Virus record (IMG/VR): IMGVR_UViG_3300032050_000010
Strand: one strand, 5' to 3'
DNA: 64,000 nucleotides
From: a virus
Within the stretch, counting starts at the first letter, position 1. Each line of letters starts with the position of its first letter. This document shows positions 1 through 10,606 of this stretch, piece after piece. The notes under the pieces were generated by a model. That model made no database searches, was not told the DNA's origin, and worked only from the letters and a program-made list of their open reading frames with translations. The position numbers and the translations under genes were made by a program.

Positions 1-1
1 G

Positions 2-250
2 CCCTACCTCAGATATGATCAATTTTCTGATATTATTAAAAGAATTTTAGATATAACAGCTGTTTTACAGTCAAACATACCAATAGTTTCTGCCGCAGCT
101 GCGGCAGCAGCAGCACCTCCCACGGCATCTACGTCATCAACTGCAGCCGATACAGCCGCAAAAGCAATGGAGGTTCCAATTGATGCTTATACAATACAAA
201 TCAATGATGCGTTGGAAAGCATAAAATCAAGTATAATTCTGGGATCTTAG
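2..250 (+). CDS. 3' end of a gene running in from the left edge; possibly baseplate spike (gp5/gpV-like) C-terminus
   Basis: Frame 2 is open from the window edge to TAG at 248-250 (PYLRYDQFSDIIKRILD...AAAAAAAAPP...LESIKSSIILGS*). It lies directly upstream of the gp25-like gene; product inferred from position only. Confidence 0.45.
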   Translation, partial: PYLRYDQFSDIIKRILDITAVLQSNIPIVSAAAAAAAAPPTASTSSTAADTAAKAMEVPIDAYTIQINDALESIKSSIILGS

Positions 251-273
251 CAGTCGAATACTTATAAACTGAG

Positions 274-744
274 ATGGCAGAGCGCAGCTTTAAAAATATC
301 GGGACGACGGTCACGCAGCTTAGAACAGCTACGCCCACTGTTCCTGTATTTCCAATTGGCATCAAGACACCGATGTCGCTCGGTGGCAATGGTAATCCAT
401 ACCAGATGCACACGTCTGTTGCTGAACAAGTTCAGGACAACTTGCGTAACATGATCATGACAAACTGGGGTGAGCGTCTAGGCCTGTACGACTACGGTGG
501 CAATCTTAGGCTAATTTTGGCAGATTATTCGACTAACTCGGACATTGAGACGACAGTCATGCAGTCAATCATGCGAACGGTTGAAAAGTACATGCCGTTC
601 GTCACACTTGACACATTTGACATGCAGAACCTCCCGTCGACAAGAAACGGGCAGGCAAAATTCCAAATCATAGTAAATTACAGCGTCCCAAAGATCGGCG
701 CGAATAACCAGAAAGTTAAGATCATACTAGAGGTGATGGGATAA
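274..744 (+). CDS. Baseplate wedge subunit / sheath initiator, T4 gp25 / P2 gpW-like
   Basis: 156 aa; QVQDNLRNMIMTNWGERLGLYDYGGNL matches the gp25 family pattern; followed by the gp6-like gene. Confidence 0.85.
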   Translation: MAERSFKNIGTTVTQLRTATPTVPVFPIGIKTPMSLGGNGNPYQMHTSVAEQVQDNLRNMIMTNWGERLGLYDYGGNLRLILADYSTNSDIETTVMQSIMRTVEKYMPFVTLDTFDMQNLPSTRNGQAKFQIIVNYSVPKIGANNQKVKIILEVMG

Positions 745-2588
745 TGGCAACAATTCAGCAAAAACTCCGCCAACAGCGCCAGAGATCTTACCTTGGCAAA
801 GATTTTGATGCTCTTAGGGATAATCTTGCAACCTACGCAAAGAGCTACTACTCTGACCAGATTAAAGATGTGTCAGAGAGCTCTGTTGCGGGCATGTTTA
901 TTGACATGGCTGCGTACACGGGTGATGTCCTGTCATACTACCTTGACTACCAGTTCAATGAGTTAGATCTCTCATCAGCAACTGATGTAAATAACGTCGA
1001 GAGGCTGATTAGAAGAGCGGGCGTCAAGATCGGTGGTGCATCACCTGCCATCGTCAATGTTAATTTTTATGCAGTAATTCCAGCTCAAGTTGTCAATGGC
1101 AACTATCAACCTAATACACAATATCTCCCAATTATTCAGGCAGGAACTCAAGTTACTTCAAACTCTGGGATCGTGTTTGAGTTGACAGAAGATGTTGATT
1201 TTGGCGTCGTTGATAGCAATGGAAATCTTACTACAGAATACAAGATATTCTCACAGGATGCTGTAGGAAATCCTACAAGATTTGTCATGAAGGGCGTGGG
1301 TATCTGCTCATCAGGACGCATTGCAACAGAAACTTTCACCATTGATGACAGCTTTGTTCCTTTTAGAACAATAACTCTTGCCAATCAGAATGTGTCTGAG
1401 ATTATTGGTGTAACTGACAGCGATGGTAACCAATACTATGAAGTCGAATCGCTTACACACGACGTCGTCTACAAGGCAATGACAAACACCAAGTACGATG
1501 CAGATGTCGTAGAAGATGCACTGTCAGTTATACCTGCGCCGCGCCGCTTCACATCAAGCGGCAGCCGTGTGACAGGTAGAACAACTTTGACTTTCGGATC
1601 GGGTGATGCACAGTCACTCGATGATGATGTCATACCCGATCCATCAGAGCTGGCACTACCTCTGTACGGATCGAAGAAGACGTTCAACAAAGTTTCAATT
1701 GATCCTAATACGCTACTCCAGACAAGGAGCTTGGGTATCTCACCTACAAGCACAACACTTACAGTGTCTTATCGTTACGGCGGTGGATTGAACAATAATG
1801 TGGGTGCAGGAACAATCAACAGCATTTCTCGTCTTGTGCATCGCTTTCCACCTTCGACACCCACAAGCATTGCTTCCACAATTCGAGCAACTTTTGAAGT
1901 TGACAACACAGAGACAGCTGTGGGTGGTGAGGATGCTCTAACGCTTGAGGATCTGAGATCTATCGCGCTTGGTTACGCAAATTCACAGAATAGAATTGTG
2001 ACTAAGCAAGATGCTGCAGCACGCATCTATACCATGCCGTCTAATTTTGGCAGAGTTTATCGTGCAGGTTTCCGTCCAAACCCAGTTAATCCTCTATCAA
2101 CTTTAATGTACGTTGTTAGTCGAAACTCCAGTGGTCAACTTGTGCTATCAAGCGACACTCTCAAGATTAATTTGAGCAAGTACCTCAACGAGTTTAGATT
2201 GATCTCTGACGCAATAGACATTGTTGATGCAGCAATTGTGAACATAAGAGTGAAGTACACAGTGACACTTAACTCGTCTGCTGTGAAGAATACGACACTC
2301 CAGAAGATCAATCAGACACTTAAAGATTACTTCAACATTAAGAATTTCCAAATTGATCAAGGAATTCTAACATCTGATATTATGAACATACTTCTGAATA
2401 CAGACGGTGTCACAACAGTGTCCAATCTTACTTTTGAAAGTGTGAACGGCGTCGTCAACGGAACAGCATACAGCGACGTTGTCTTTAATGTCACCCAGAA
2501 CACTTTAAACGGTGTAATAGTTCCACCACCAGGTGGAATATTTGAAGTTAGATATCCAGATTTTGATATTATTGGTAATGTTAGCTAG
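744..2588 (+). CDS. Baseplate wedge subunit, T4 gp6 / baseplate J-like
   Basis: 614 aa; YLGKDFDALRDNL, FIDMAAYTGDVLSYYLDYQFNE, GGEDA...SQNRIVTKQD, C-terminal IFEVRYPDFDIIG. Confidence 0.85.
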   Translation: MATIQQKLRQQRQRSYLGKDFDALRDNLATYAKSYYSDQIKDVSESSVAGMFIDMAAYTGDVLSYYLDYQFNELDLSSATDVNNVERLIRRAGVKIGGASPAIVNVNFYAVIPAQVVNGNYQPNTQYLPIIQAGTQVTSNSGIVFELTEDVDFGVVDSNGNLTTEYKIFSQDAVGNPTRFVMKGVGICSSGRIATETFTIDDSFVPFRTITLANQNVSEIIGVTDSDGNQYYEVESLTHDVVYKAMTNTKYDADVVEDALSVIPAPRRFTSSGSRVTGRTTLTFGSGDAQSLDDDVIPDPSELALPLYGSKKTFNKVSIDPNTLLQTRSLGISPTSTTLTVSYRYGGGLNNNVGAGTINSISRLVHRFPPSTPTSIASTIRATFEVDNTETAVGGEDALTLEDLRSIALGYANSQNRIVTKQDAAARIYTMPSNFGRVYRAGFRPNPVNPLSTLMYVVSRNSSGQLVLSSDTLKINLSKYLNEFRLISDAIDIVDAAIVNIRVKYTVTLNSSAVKNTTLQKINQTLKDYFNIKNFQIDQGILTSDIMNILLNTDGVTTVSNLTFESVNGVVNGTAYSDVVFNVTQNTLNGVIVPPPGGIFEVRYPDFDIIGNVS

Positions 2589-2596
2589 GAGATGAA

Positions 2597-4108
2597 ATGT
2601 ATTTAGCACTATCAGCAAGTAAGGATACATACATTACCAATAAAATTATTGGGTCATCTTTCCGAGCCACAGATGCAAATCTGGGTCAAGCAGGCACGCT
2701 TGACTTGTTCAAACTGTACGATGAGAACAGGATCGTCGGAGAGACAAATCCAATTGAGCTCTCCAGAATTCTTATAAAGTTTGATTACTCCCCTCTCACA
2801 GCACTCCTTGCTACCAAGCTGAACACAAATGACGCTTCATTCAAATGTGAGTTAGTTCTAAAGGATGTCTATGGTGGCCAACCAACGCCCACTAACTTTA
2901 AACTAATTGTTTTCCCACTATCAAGAAGCTTTGATGAGGGCGTGGGCAGAGACGTTGTCGGTTATAGGGACATTGATGTCTGCAATTTTTTGACTGCATC
3001 TGTCTCAACAGGACAAGTTGAGAAGTGGTATGTGACAGGTGCTAATAAGCAAGGGCTGCTAGGATCTTCTGACATCGACATCATCTCAAGTGGCAACTTA
3101 AATGACGGAAATGGTGTTGTCAATCTTTGGAAAGAGCAGATCTTTGCGTCGGGCGAAGAAGATCTTAGAGTTGATATAACAGACATTGTATCAGGAACGC
3201 TTGCAGGCCTCATTCCTGATCATGGTTTTAGAATATCCTTCTCAGGATCGCAAGAGACAGATGAATTCACGAGATTTGTGAAGAGATTTACGTCTAGAAA
3301 TGCCACAAATGTAGGCAAGCGACCCGGAATTGTTGTCACCTACAATGATCTCGTCCGCGACAACCACAATAACTTCTTTTTCAATGAGACAGGCACGCTT
3401 CTCCTGTCAAACAACGTTAGAGGAATTCCTAGAAACATCCTGTCTGGAACACTTCTCACTCCCATAACAGGCACAAATTGCATGATCTTGACACTAGCGA
3501 CAGGATCTTTTACTAAGCAATTCAATGTCTCACAGCTAAGCTATGGTCAGAACTTTATCACAGGTGTCTACACATCTGACGCTATCCTAAACAGCTTCGA
3601 GAATACAACTGTCTACAATCACCTAATGAGCTCAGGATCGGTTGACTTCACAGAGATATGGGGATCCAATGACGGCAAGGTAGGTTATTTAACAGGATCA
3701 CTCACTGTCTATCGTCCCGATACAGAGCAGTATCATGTTGACCTTGAACGTCTTACAATTAGCATGACAAATATGCGGACGTCATACCAGCAAAATGAGC
3801 AGTACAGATTTAGGATCTTTATAGAGGACATCACAAGGCAGTTTATAGCTAAGAAGCTGCCTTACGAGAACAAGGGAATATTTGTTGAGGACATCTACTA
3901 CCAAGTTCGTGACACCGATTTGAATGAGGTAATTGTGCCATTCCACGATCCAGGAACAGCTGTGTCAAATGACACGTCAAGCCACTACTTTGACTTCAAT
4001 ATGACATCTCTTCCGCGCGGGCGCACATACACTTTTGACTTTAAGATCTTGAGAGAGGGCTCAGAAGTTGTGTTCAAAGACGTTGCAGCAAAATTTAGGG
4101 TGGATTAA
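2597..4108 (+). CDS. Virion/baseplate protein of unknown function (beta-rich)
   Basis: 503 aa ORF with SD (AGGAG), inside the baseplate module; ASKDTYIT N-terminus and SRILIKFD motif. Confidence 0.55.
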   Translation: MYLALSASKDTYITNKIIGSSFRATDANLGQAGTLDLFKLYDENRIVGETNPIELSRILIKFDYSPLTALLATKLNTNDASFKCELVLKDVYGGQPTPTNFKLIVFPLSRSFDEGVGRDVVGYRDIDVCNFLTASVSTGQVEKWYVTGANKQGLLGSSDIDIISSGNLNDGNGVVNLWKEQIFASGEEDLRVDITDIVSGTLAGLIPDHGFRISFSGSQETDEFTRFVKRFTSRNATNVGKRPGIVVTYNDLVRDNHNNFFFNETGTLLLSNNVRGIPRNILSGTLLTPITGTNCMILTLATGSFTKQFNVSQLSYGQNFITGVYTSDAILNSFENTTVYNHLMSSGSVDFTEIWGSNDGKVGYLTGSLTVYRPDTEQYHVDLERLTISMTNMRTSYQQNEQYRFRIFIEDITRQFIAKKLPYENKGIFVEDIYYQVRDTDLNEVIVPFHDPGTAVSNDTSSHYFDFNMTSLPRGRTYTFDFKILREGSEVVFKDVAAKFRVD

Positions 4109-4110
4109 TC

Positions 4111-7100
4111 ATGGCAGCAAGCGTTGTTAGAACCAATCGCCCCACAGTTTTTACTTCAAATTTGAAGCTTGCGTCCCTGTCTAATCGATACGATGACGTC
4201 ACAATCAGCAACCAAGAAGCTTCAAATATTGGCAATACGGGTTCCTTTAGATACGACCAGATTGGAGCTGCATTAAAGTCGACACAAGAACTCAACATCG
4301 ATTACACACAGCTTGAAAATCACACTTTCTTCAATTCAGCAGTTGCAAAAGTTAACGTTGCATTTGATAGGATAATCAATAACTACCCATTTGACGGTAG
4401 CATCCAAGAGATACAAGATTTTGAAGACAGCTTGACCGGTTATGAGAGGTACATTCTCTCTCAGTTCACCAAGAGTAGAAACTTCTTACTGTTTGATGGC
4501 ACATCACACATTGCAGTCACTGATGCAGCAGGTATCAATTTTCCAACTGTATCAAAGAATGACACAGGCTTAGGAGTTCTTGATCCAAGGACAAATAGCT
4601 TCTCATTTGAGTTATTTTGCTATCCTGCAGCACAGTCAAATGATAATCAGATCATCTTGCAGAAGAGAAAAGATGCGACAACAGCAATTACACTTGCGCT
4701 GTCCCAATCAGCATCAACGACGACATGTGATGCTCTCTTTATTGTCTCGATGGGAAGCATGTATGTGACAGCGTCAGCAGCTGTCAACAAGGGTGAGTTC
4801 AATCACCTCTACTTTGAGTACAGCGCACTTGCATCATCATCATCGCTTACCATCTATCGAGATCTTGAACTTGCATCACCCGAGTCAGATTTTGTCGTAT
4901 TTGACGACTTAAATTTTAGCTCTGCAGATCTTTTAATTGGAACAGGATCGTCACATACAGCGGGTGCATACACATTCATCCCACAGCAGCATCTGTCGGG
5001 TGCTATAGATGAATTAAGATTTTTCCATGATACAAGGTCGCTGGCAGATCTTGAATACAATTGGAAGAAAGAGATTTATGCAACTGCACCCTTGAAACTG
5101 TATTTCAAGTTCAATGAGCCGACAGGATCTTACGCAGCAAGCGATGTTGTCCTCGACTACTCAGGCAATTCTCTGCATTCTTACATCACAAACTACAGTG
5201 ATGCACTGCGTGCTGGAGCAAGTATTGCAAACCCGATGGTCGCTGAAGATCCTGATCGCTGCCCTGTTCTGTTCGCAGATTATCCGGCAACGCTGGCTTA
5301 CAATCAAACTTTACTGGAAGATGCCCGCGACTTTGATGCAGTTAATCCTAACTTGATCACAAAGATCATACCTGCACACTACCTTAGAGAGGGCTTGGTA
5401 AGTCAAGGATTTGCTGATGAAGATGGAACAATCGGCAATGACTTTACGGGAACATCAATCCCAGGAACAGGTGAGATAGGTTCACCCCAGATTATCACGG
5501 CAATGCTTCTCGTCTACGCAAAATTCTTTGACGAGCTAAAGATGTTCGTGGATCATTTCTCAAATCTTGTCCACGTTGATTATGACCAAGACGTGTCTGT
5601 CAGCGACAAGTTTCTGCCATTCCTTGCAAACTATTATGGGTTTGAGGTGCCTTCCTTCTTTAAGACAGCTCTTGGTGAGCAGTTCTACGATGGTAGAAAC
5701 ATCACCCAGAATGATGAGAAATTGGCACAAAATCTTGACTACGTGAGAAAGCAGCTTTGGCGTCGTCTGTTGATAAACATGTCAAGCATCATGCGTGAAA
5801 AAGGAACGAATGCATCTGTTCGATCACTCTTCAACGCAGCAGGCATCATACCTGAGAATTTCTTCACTATTAGAGAGTTTGGTGGCCCAAAGAAGAACTT
5901 TCTTACAGGACGTAGAGAGAATAAGACAGAAATTGCCACAATGCTCGACTTCTCCGGTAGCTTAAATCTAACACCAGGCACACTCAACTCTCAAGGATTT
6001 TCTTCCGTAAAGCCTCACATTATAGGCTCCTTCCTCTCGGGATCGCGTGTCGAGCCAGGATATCCTACAGTTGCTGGAACTCCATCAGACGGTTTGTTCA
6101 CGTCAGGATCATTTACATTTGAAGGCATCTACAAGTACCTGGATCGTCAAGTTCACTTTGCGTCAGAGAGCTTGATGCGTCTTCATGTTACAGGAACGTC
6201 GGCACCGTCTGACGCACATGGTACGCTATTCAACATCATTGCGTCGTCAGGAAGTGAAGAAGGTGACTATTCACTGACACTTTACGGTCGACCGCTGCAG
6301 GGTATTTCAACAAATGTCATCACGCTGCAGCTAACAGGTGTCAACGTCTTTGATGGTGACAAGTGGAACATCGCATTTGGCCGCCAGCGCAGCGATCAGA
6401 TAGGACACGCATCGTCATCCTACTTCCTGCGTGTTGGCAAAAATATCGACACTGAGACAATTGTTACATTCCAGACATCATCTTACTTTTATGATGAAGA
6501 CACATTTGGCACGACCAACGTCCTCCAAAATGTCAGCAGCAATTACAATGCATCAGGAGCATTTGTCGTCATCGGATCGCAGAGCCTGGCATCAGGTGCA
6601 TCATTCTTGAACAGCTACACAGCAGATGCCAAGGTCACTAATTTTACCGGGCGAGTTGCACAGCTCAGAACATGGTCAAAGGCACTAACAGACACAGAGT
6701 TTAGTGAGCACATTCGCAACTTCAAGTCACTCGGTGTTGATGACCCTAAGATCAATTTCTCATTTGATACAGAGACAACAGGCACATTTGAGCGTCTTCG
6801 TGTTGACACAAGCACAGATCAATTTACGACAGGCGCTGATGGAAGTGGACAAATTCAAATCTTTGACTTTAGCCAGAACAATTTGTTCATGTCGGGCCTT
6901 GGATTTGAGGTAAACGCAAGAGTTATCAAGCCAGAGACATTCTACTACTCTCATTTAGCACCTAACTTTGACCAGAGTACGACGACCAATAAAGTGCGCG
7001 TGAGGAGTTTGCAGCGTCCTGAGGAATATGACATCAACACGGCACGCCTCGCACCTGTCTACGACGTCATTAGAAGCGAGGAACCAGAAGATGATCGCCG

Positions 7101-7506
7101 TTTCCTCATCGAGTACTCAGTTGTTAAAGCGCTTAACGAGGATATCATCCGCCTCCTGGCAGATCTTGATTTCTTCAACAACGGTTTGGGAAAACCATCT
7201 TACCTCTACGATGAATACTACCCAGACATTGAACAGCTTCGGAAGATCTACTTCAATCGTCTAACTGACAAGCTCAACTATAAAGTGTTCTTCGATCTCT
7301 TCAAGTGGTTCGACACGTCCTACACAGATCTTGTCAGCTCTTTGATGCCCAAGAAGACACAATTTCTCGGGATCAACTACACAATCGAGTCGCACATGCT
7401 TGAGCGTCATAGGATGCGCTACCTCTACGACCAGCAGTACACACTGGGCACCGTCGCTGTCCAGAATGAGACAGGTGTGGGCTTTGAAACTGGCATCATC
7501 ACATAG
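4111..7506 (+). CDS. Large baseplate protein with LamG/concanavalin-like domains and a probable gp7/P2-gpI-like wedge segment
   Basis: 1131 aa; LamG-type motifs (SGAIDELRFF...LYFKFNE; FTGRVAQLRTWSKALT) and a wedge-like segment (FLPFLANYYG...LWRRLLINMSSIMREKGT). Confidence 0.65.
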   Translation: MAASVVRTNRPTVFTSNLKLASLSNRYDDVTISNQEASNIGNTGSFRYDQIGAALKSTQELNIDYTQLENHTFFNSAVAKVNVAFDRIINNYPFDGSIQEIQDFEDSLTGYERYILSQFTKSRNFLLFDGTSHIAVTDAAGINFPTVSKNDTGLGVLDPRTNSFSFELFCYPAAQSNDNQIILQKRKDATTAITLALSQSASTTTCDALFIVSMGSMYVTASAAVNKGEFNHLYFEYSALASSSSLTIYRDLELASPESDFVVFDDLNFSSADLLIGTGSSHTAGAYTFIPQQHLSGAIDELRFFHDTRSLADLEYNWKKEIYATAPLKLYFKFNEPTGSYAASDVVLDYSGNSLHSYITNYSDALRAGASIANPMVAEDPDRCPVLFADYPATLAYNQTLLEDARDFDAVNPNLITKIIPAHYLREGLVSQGFADEDGTIGNDFTGTSIPGTGEIGSPQIITAMLLVYAKFFDELKMFVDHFSNLVHVDYDQDVSVSDKFLPFLANYYGFEVPSFFKTALGEQFYDGRNITQNDEKLAQNLDYVRKQLWRRLLINMSSIMREKGTNASVRSLFNAAGIIPENFFTIREFGGPKKNFLTGRRENKTEIATMLDFSGSLNLTPGTLNSQGFSSVKPHIIGSFLSGSRVEPGYPTVAGTPSDGLFTSGSFTFEGIYKYLDRQVHFASESLMRLHVTGTSAPSDAHGTLFNIIASSGSEEGDYSLTLYGRPLQGISTNVITLQLTGVNVFDGDKWNIAFGRQRSDQIGHASSSYFLRVGKNIDTETIVTFQTSSYFYDEDTFGTTNVLQNVSSNYNASGAFVVIGSQSLASGASFLNSYTADAKVTNFTGRVAQLRTWSKALTDTEFSEHIRNFKSLGVDDPKINFSFDTETTGTFERLRVDTSTDQFTTGADGSGQIQIFDFSQNNLFMSGLGFEVNARVIKPETFYYSHLAPNFDQSTTTNKVRVRSLQRPEEYDINTARLAPVYDVIRSEEPEDDRRFLIEYSVVKALNEDIIRLLADLDFFNNGLGKPSYLYDEYYPDIEQLRKIYFNRLTDKLNYKVFFDLFKWFDTSYTDLVSSLMPKKTQFLGINYTIESHMLERHRMRYLYDQQYTLGTVAVQNETGVGFETGIIT

Positions 7507-7514
7507 TTATTACC

Positions 7515-8243
7515 ATGTCATACACACCATTTAACGAGAGCCTTCACGTCATTAGAGGCAATTCCAACCAGGATGGCATAGACATAACTCCTGTAAGCCA
7601 GCTGCTCCAGGGCAATGAGATCAGAGATCCACTACGCCTGAGAAAAGGCTTGCTGCCTTACATGGGAATGCGGTCGATCAGAGTCGATGAGCAAGGGCTG
7701 ATAGATAAATCAATAGAGATCAACGATCTTGGGCAGGATGTCAAAGCATCAACAACCGCGTATGTGGATACCACAGAACGCTGGACACCCGCACAGATCA
7801 TCCAGGGAGATCTGGCAGAGAGCTTTCTCAGTGAGCTTGCCACACGGCAAGTGATTGATGAGAAAAATGATGGTCAAATCAGCATTTTTGATCCCAGTGG
7901 TATTGAAGTTCCCTTCTCTTCACGTGGTTTCAAGGGAAGCCTCAACGGAGAGAACGAGTATATAGGCACACAATTGCTAGATAGCAAATACCAGCTGCTC
8001 GACGGGCTAGATGATTTTCTAGACGGTCAAGAGGAGATTTTAGGAATAACAGTTCCTGCAATCTTGTCCATGAATGACCAGCTTCTAAAGCCCTTCGAAG
8101 ATCTAAGGCACGACGACACGGATCGATTTGGTATCAATATTTTAAACCAGAATGTAAATCTGTATGATCGATATGCGGCAGGAGGTTTTGTGTATGCAGG
8201 CAATGACCGCGACTCAATCGCCTTCGGCGGGCTTAAAGGCTGA
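7515..8243 (+). CDS. Hypothetical virion protein
   Basis: 242 aa, tightly packed, preceded by ATAGTTA; C-terminus DSIAFGGLKG. Confidence 0.6.
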   Translation: MSYTPFNESLHVIRGNSNQDGIDITPVSQLLQGNEIRDPLRLRKGLLPYMGMRSIRVDEQGLIDKSIEINDLGQDVKASTTAYVDTTERWTPAQIIQGDLAESFLSELATRQVIDEKNDGQISIFDPSGIEVPFSSRGFKGSLNGENEYIGTQLLDSKYQLLDGLDDFLDGQEEILGITVPAILSMNDQLLKPFEDLRHDDTDRFGINILNQNVNLYDRYAAGGFVYAGNDRDSIAFGGLKG

Positions 8244-8245
8244 CA

Positions 8246-10582
8246 ATGTCAACTAAATTTCTTAGAAAAACTGTAAGGCGCATTATAAGAGACAACGACC
8301 AGTTCCAAGATGCGTATCCCAAGCTGATCAGATCATCAGATCCGCTTGATAACGGTATCGACAGTAACTTAAAGTTTTTAGATAATAGGACAATCGTATT
8401 CTCAACAAACAATACGACATTTCCTGCGATGGTTCCCGCTGGATCAACAACGCTACCTTCTAGTTCAATCAGCGCAAATGTTGTTATTGACGCCGCCGCT
8501 GTTGAACAGAGTGTGCAGCTACCAGGCAGCGTGGAGGGGCTTGAGCCTTTCAATGAGAGCCTTTTCAGTATTCCAGGAACAAGTGAATATACAACAACGT
8601 CTTCTCTAGCATACGGCTTCACGTCTGCAGCACGTAACAAGATTGCAATACCGATTGATATTACACCCACCCAAGAAAAGCTTCTCTGTCGCCTGAGATC
8701 GGGAGAAGTAAATACAAATCCTAACAGTGAGTTTTACGGCAAGCCAAGCACAGGATTTTGCTATTTTAATTTTGATTTAAAGCGTTGGGAAGATATTGGC
8801 TTTGGATATGCACCCACTTACGTCGGACATATGGGTAAGTTTACAGGTCACCTCTATTTTATGGCACAGTTCCAGGGAACATCAAACCTTGCCCATATAA
8901 CCAATGCATACGGATCCAGTCAAAATGCAATGACTGCTGTAGGATACAAAAATATTGGTTCACCTACAATGTTCTTTGACGCGCCAAACGCTAGAAGGTA
9001 TTACGCAACGGGTAGTCAGGCATTGTCTCTGTCAAACTACATTGATCAACCGTTCATGCTCGAAAGAGTTGATGTAACTTTGCCATTTGTCGCAAGAAGA
9101 AAACATCCAGGACAACCATTCACATCAAATATAAAAGATGGTGCTTATCGAGATGTTGATAACCTTGTATTTTTTCTCTATAGACAGACACAGCCTCCAA
9201 GTGATCATCCAGACGGAGCTCAAATCGCAAGCCAGCGTTTTCTCATCACAAATGGGTCACTTACATTCTATAATAGTAAAGTTAATGAAGCAGTCAGCTT
9301 TACAACACATAATCCAGAATTTAGCTATGACTATAATATTCCACTAACGTCTATAGTTGCAAGTACTTTTACAGGTTCAGTTACATTCTCAATTTACCCG
9401 AAAGACTATCCAACACAGTTTGGAGGCGTTTCGTCATTCTCATCAGACTCGGGTTACAGCGCTACAACTTATCTTGTTGAAACTATGAATTTTTGGCCAG
9501 GTAGCGTGCAGAATATTGTAACAGCATCTACCGTAGCTGATGTTGATAATGCCGGGTTTTATGTCTACAGAACTAGCAACGCACCTGTAGCAGGAGATGA
9601 TTACGCAGACACAAGATTTAAAGGTTTTGTCTCAACAGACACACGCTTACTGAAAAGAGTCGAGGGATCTTTAATACCATCAAGTGGCATTATAAGCAAT
9701 GACCTACCACAGACAGGCAGCTCACCTTACCTTCTCCTTCCTACAGATCAGTTAATATTTGGAATTGAGTCAGATGTCTGCACAGTTCTGCCTACAGGCT
9801 CTCTGGTATCTCCAGCTGGTTATGACGAATCGTTTTTAAGCCAAACAGGATCATTCTTCAAGCTTCTTGCAGAGAAAGCGCAAGTTACGCTATTCGGATC
9901 ACTCATACAGAGCGGCATCTCTAAGACACACAACAGCCTTAACCAAAATTTAATCTCACCTGCAGTGCACGAGATCATTGCAAATCTACAAGATGATAGC
10001 GACCAGTTTGACGTGGCCGAGAAGAAAACTTTCTATGGTAATTACATTGATAACTACGTGGAAGGTTCGATATTAGATGGCACACGTCGTGTTTATGCTA
10101 GCTTGACAAATGACCCACCATTTCTATCGGGATCATTTACACGTCAAGTTATGTTAGTAGATGAAGAGAAGTCTTATTACCGAGTAGGACCAAGAACAGT
10201 AACACTTGGAATTCCACCTTACGCGTTTTCTTTTGTTGTTCCTTACAGCGGCCTCACGAAACCAAAGAATTATTTTAGATACGATCGATACGGTAATTTT
10301 AGAGACATGATTGAGCAGGCACAAGATTACAGAATATTCAACAAAACCATCTACAAAAAAAGTGGAGGATTTGAAGAACAAGGGCCCGCATACGCCAAAT
10401 TCGTCTTGTCATCATCTGATATACCTGTGTCAGCATCACTGACACAATGTAACAATCTTAGCCCATACATGACAGGAACATTTCCATTTGCTGATGATGT
10501 TGGAACATCAACTTCACGCGGCCCGTACACAACAACGCAGAATAATCCCTTCATTCCGATCACCAACATTTTCAAGACATGA
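8246..10582 (+). CDS. Hypothetical virion protein (Ser/Thr/Gly-rich)
   Basis: 778 aa ORF in the structural operon. Confidence 0.6.
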   Translation: MSTKFLRKTVRRIIRDNDQFQDAYPKLIRSSDPLDNGIDSNLKFLDNRTIVFSTNNTTFPAMVPAGSTTLPSSSISANVVIDAAAVEQSVQLPGSVEGLEPFNESLFSIPGTSEYTTTSSLAYGFTSAARNKIAIPIDITPTQEKLLCRLRSGEVNTNPNSEFYGKPSTGFCYFNFDLKRWEDIGFGYAPTYVGHMGKFTGHLYFMAQFQGTSNLAHITNAYGSSQNAMTAVGYKNIGSPTMFFDAPNARRYYATGSQALSLSNYIDQPFMLERVDVTLPFVARRKHPGQPFTSNIKDGAYRDVDNLVFFLYRQTQPPSDHPDGAQIASQRFLITNGSLTFYNSKVNEAVSFTTHNPEFSYDYNIPLTSIVASTFTGSVTFSIYPKDYPTQFGGVSSFSSDSGYSATTYLVETMNFWPGSVQNIVTASTVADVDNAGFYVYRTSNAPVAGDDYADTRFKGFVSTDTRLLKRVEGSLIPSSGIISNDLPQTGSSPYLLLPTDQLIFGIESDVCTVLPTGSLVSPAGYDESFLSQTGSFFKLLAEKAQVTLFGSLIQSGISKTHNSLNQNLISPAVHEIIANLQDDSDQFDVAEKKTFYGNYIDNYVEGSILDGTRRVYASLTNDPPFLSGSFTRQVMLVDEEKSYYRVGPRTVTLGIPPYAFSFVVPYSGLTKPKNYFRYDRYGNFRDMIEQAQDYRIFNKTIYKKSGGFEEQGPAYAKFVLSSSDIPVSASLTQCNNLSPYMTGTFPFADDVGTSTSRGPYTTTQNNPFIPITNIFKT

Positions 10583-10606
10583 TGACACTGTTATAATTAG
10601 AATAGC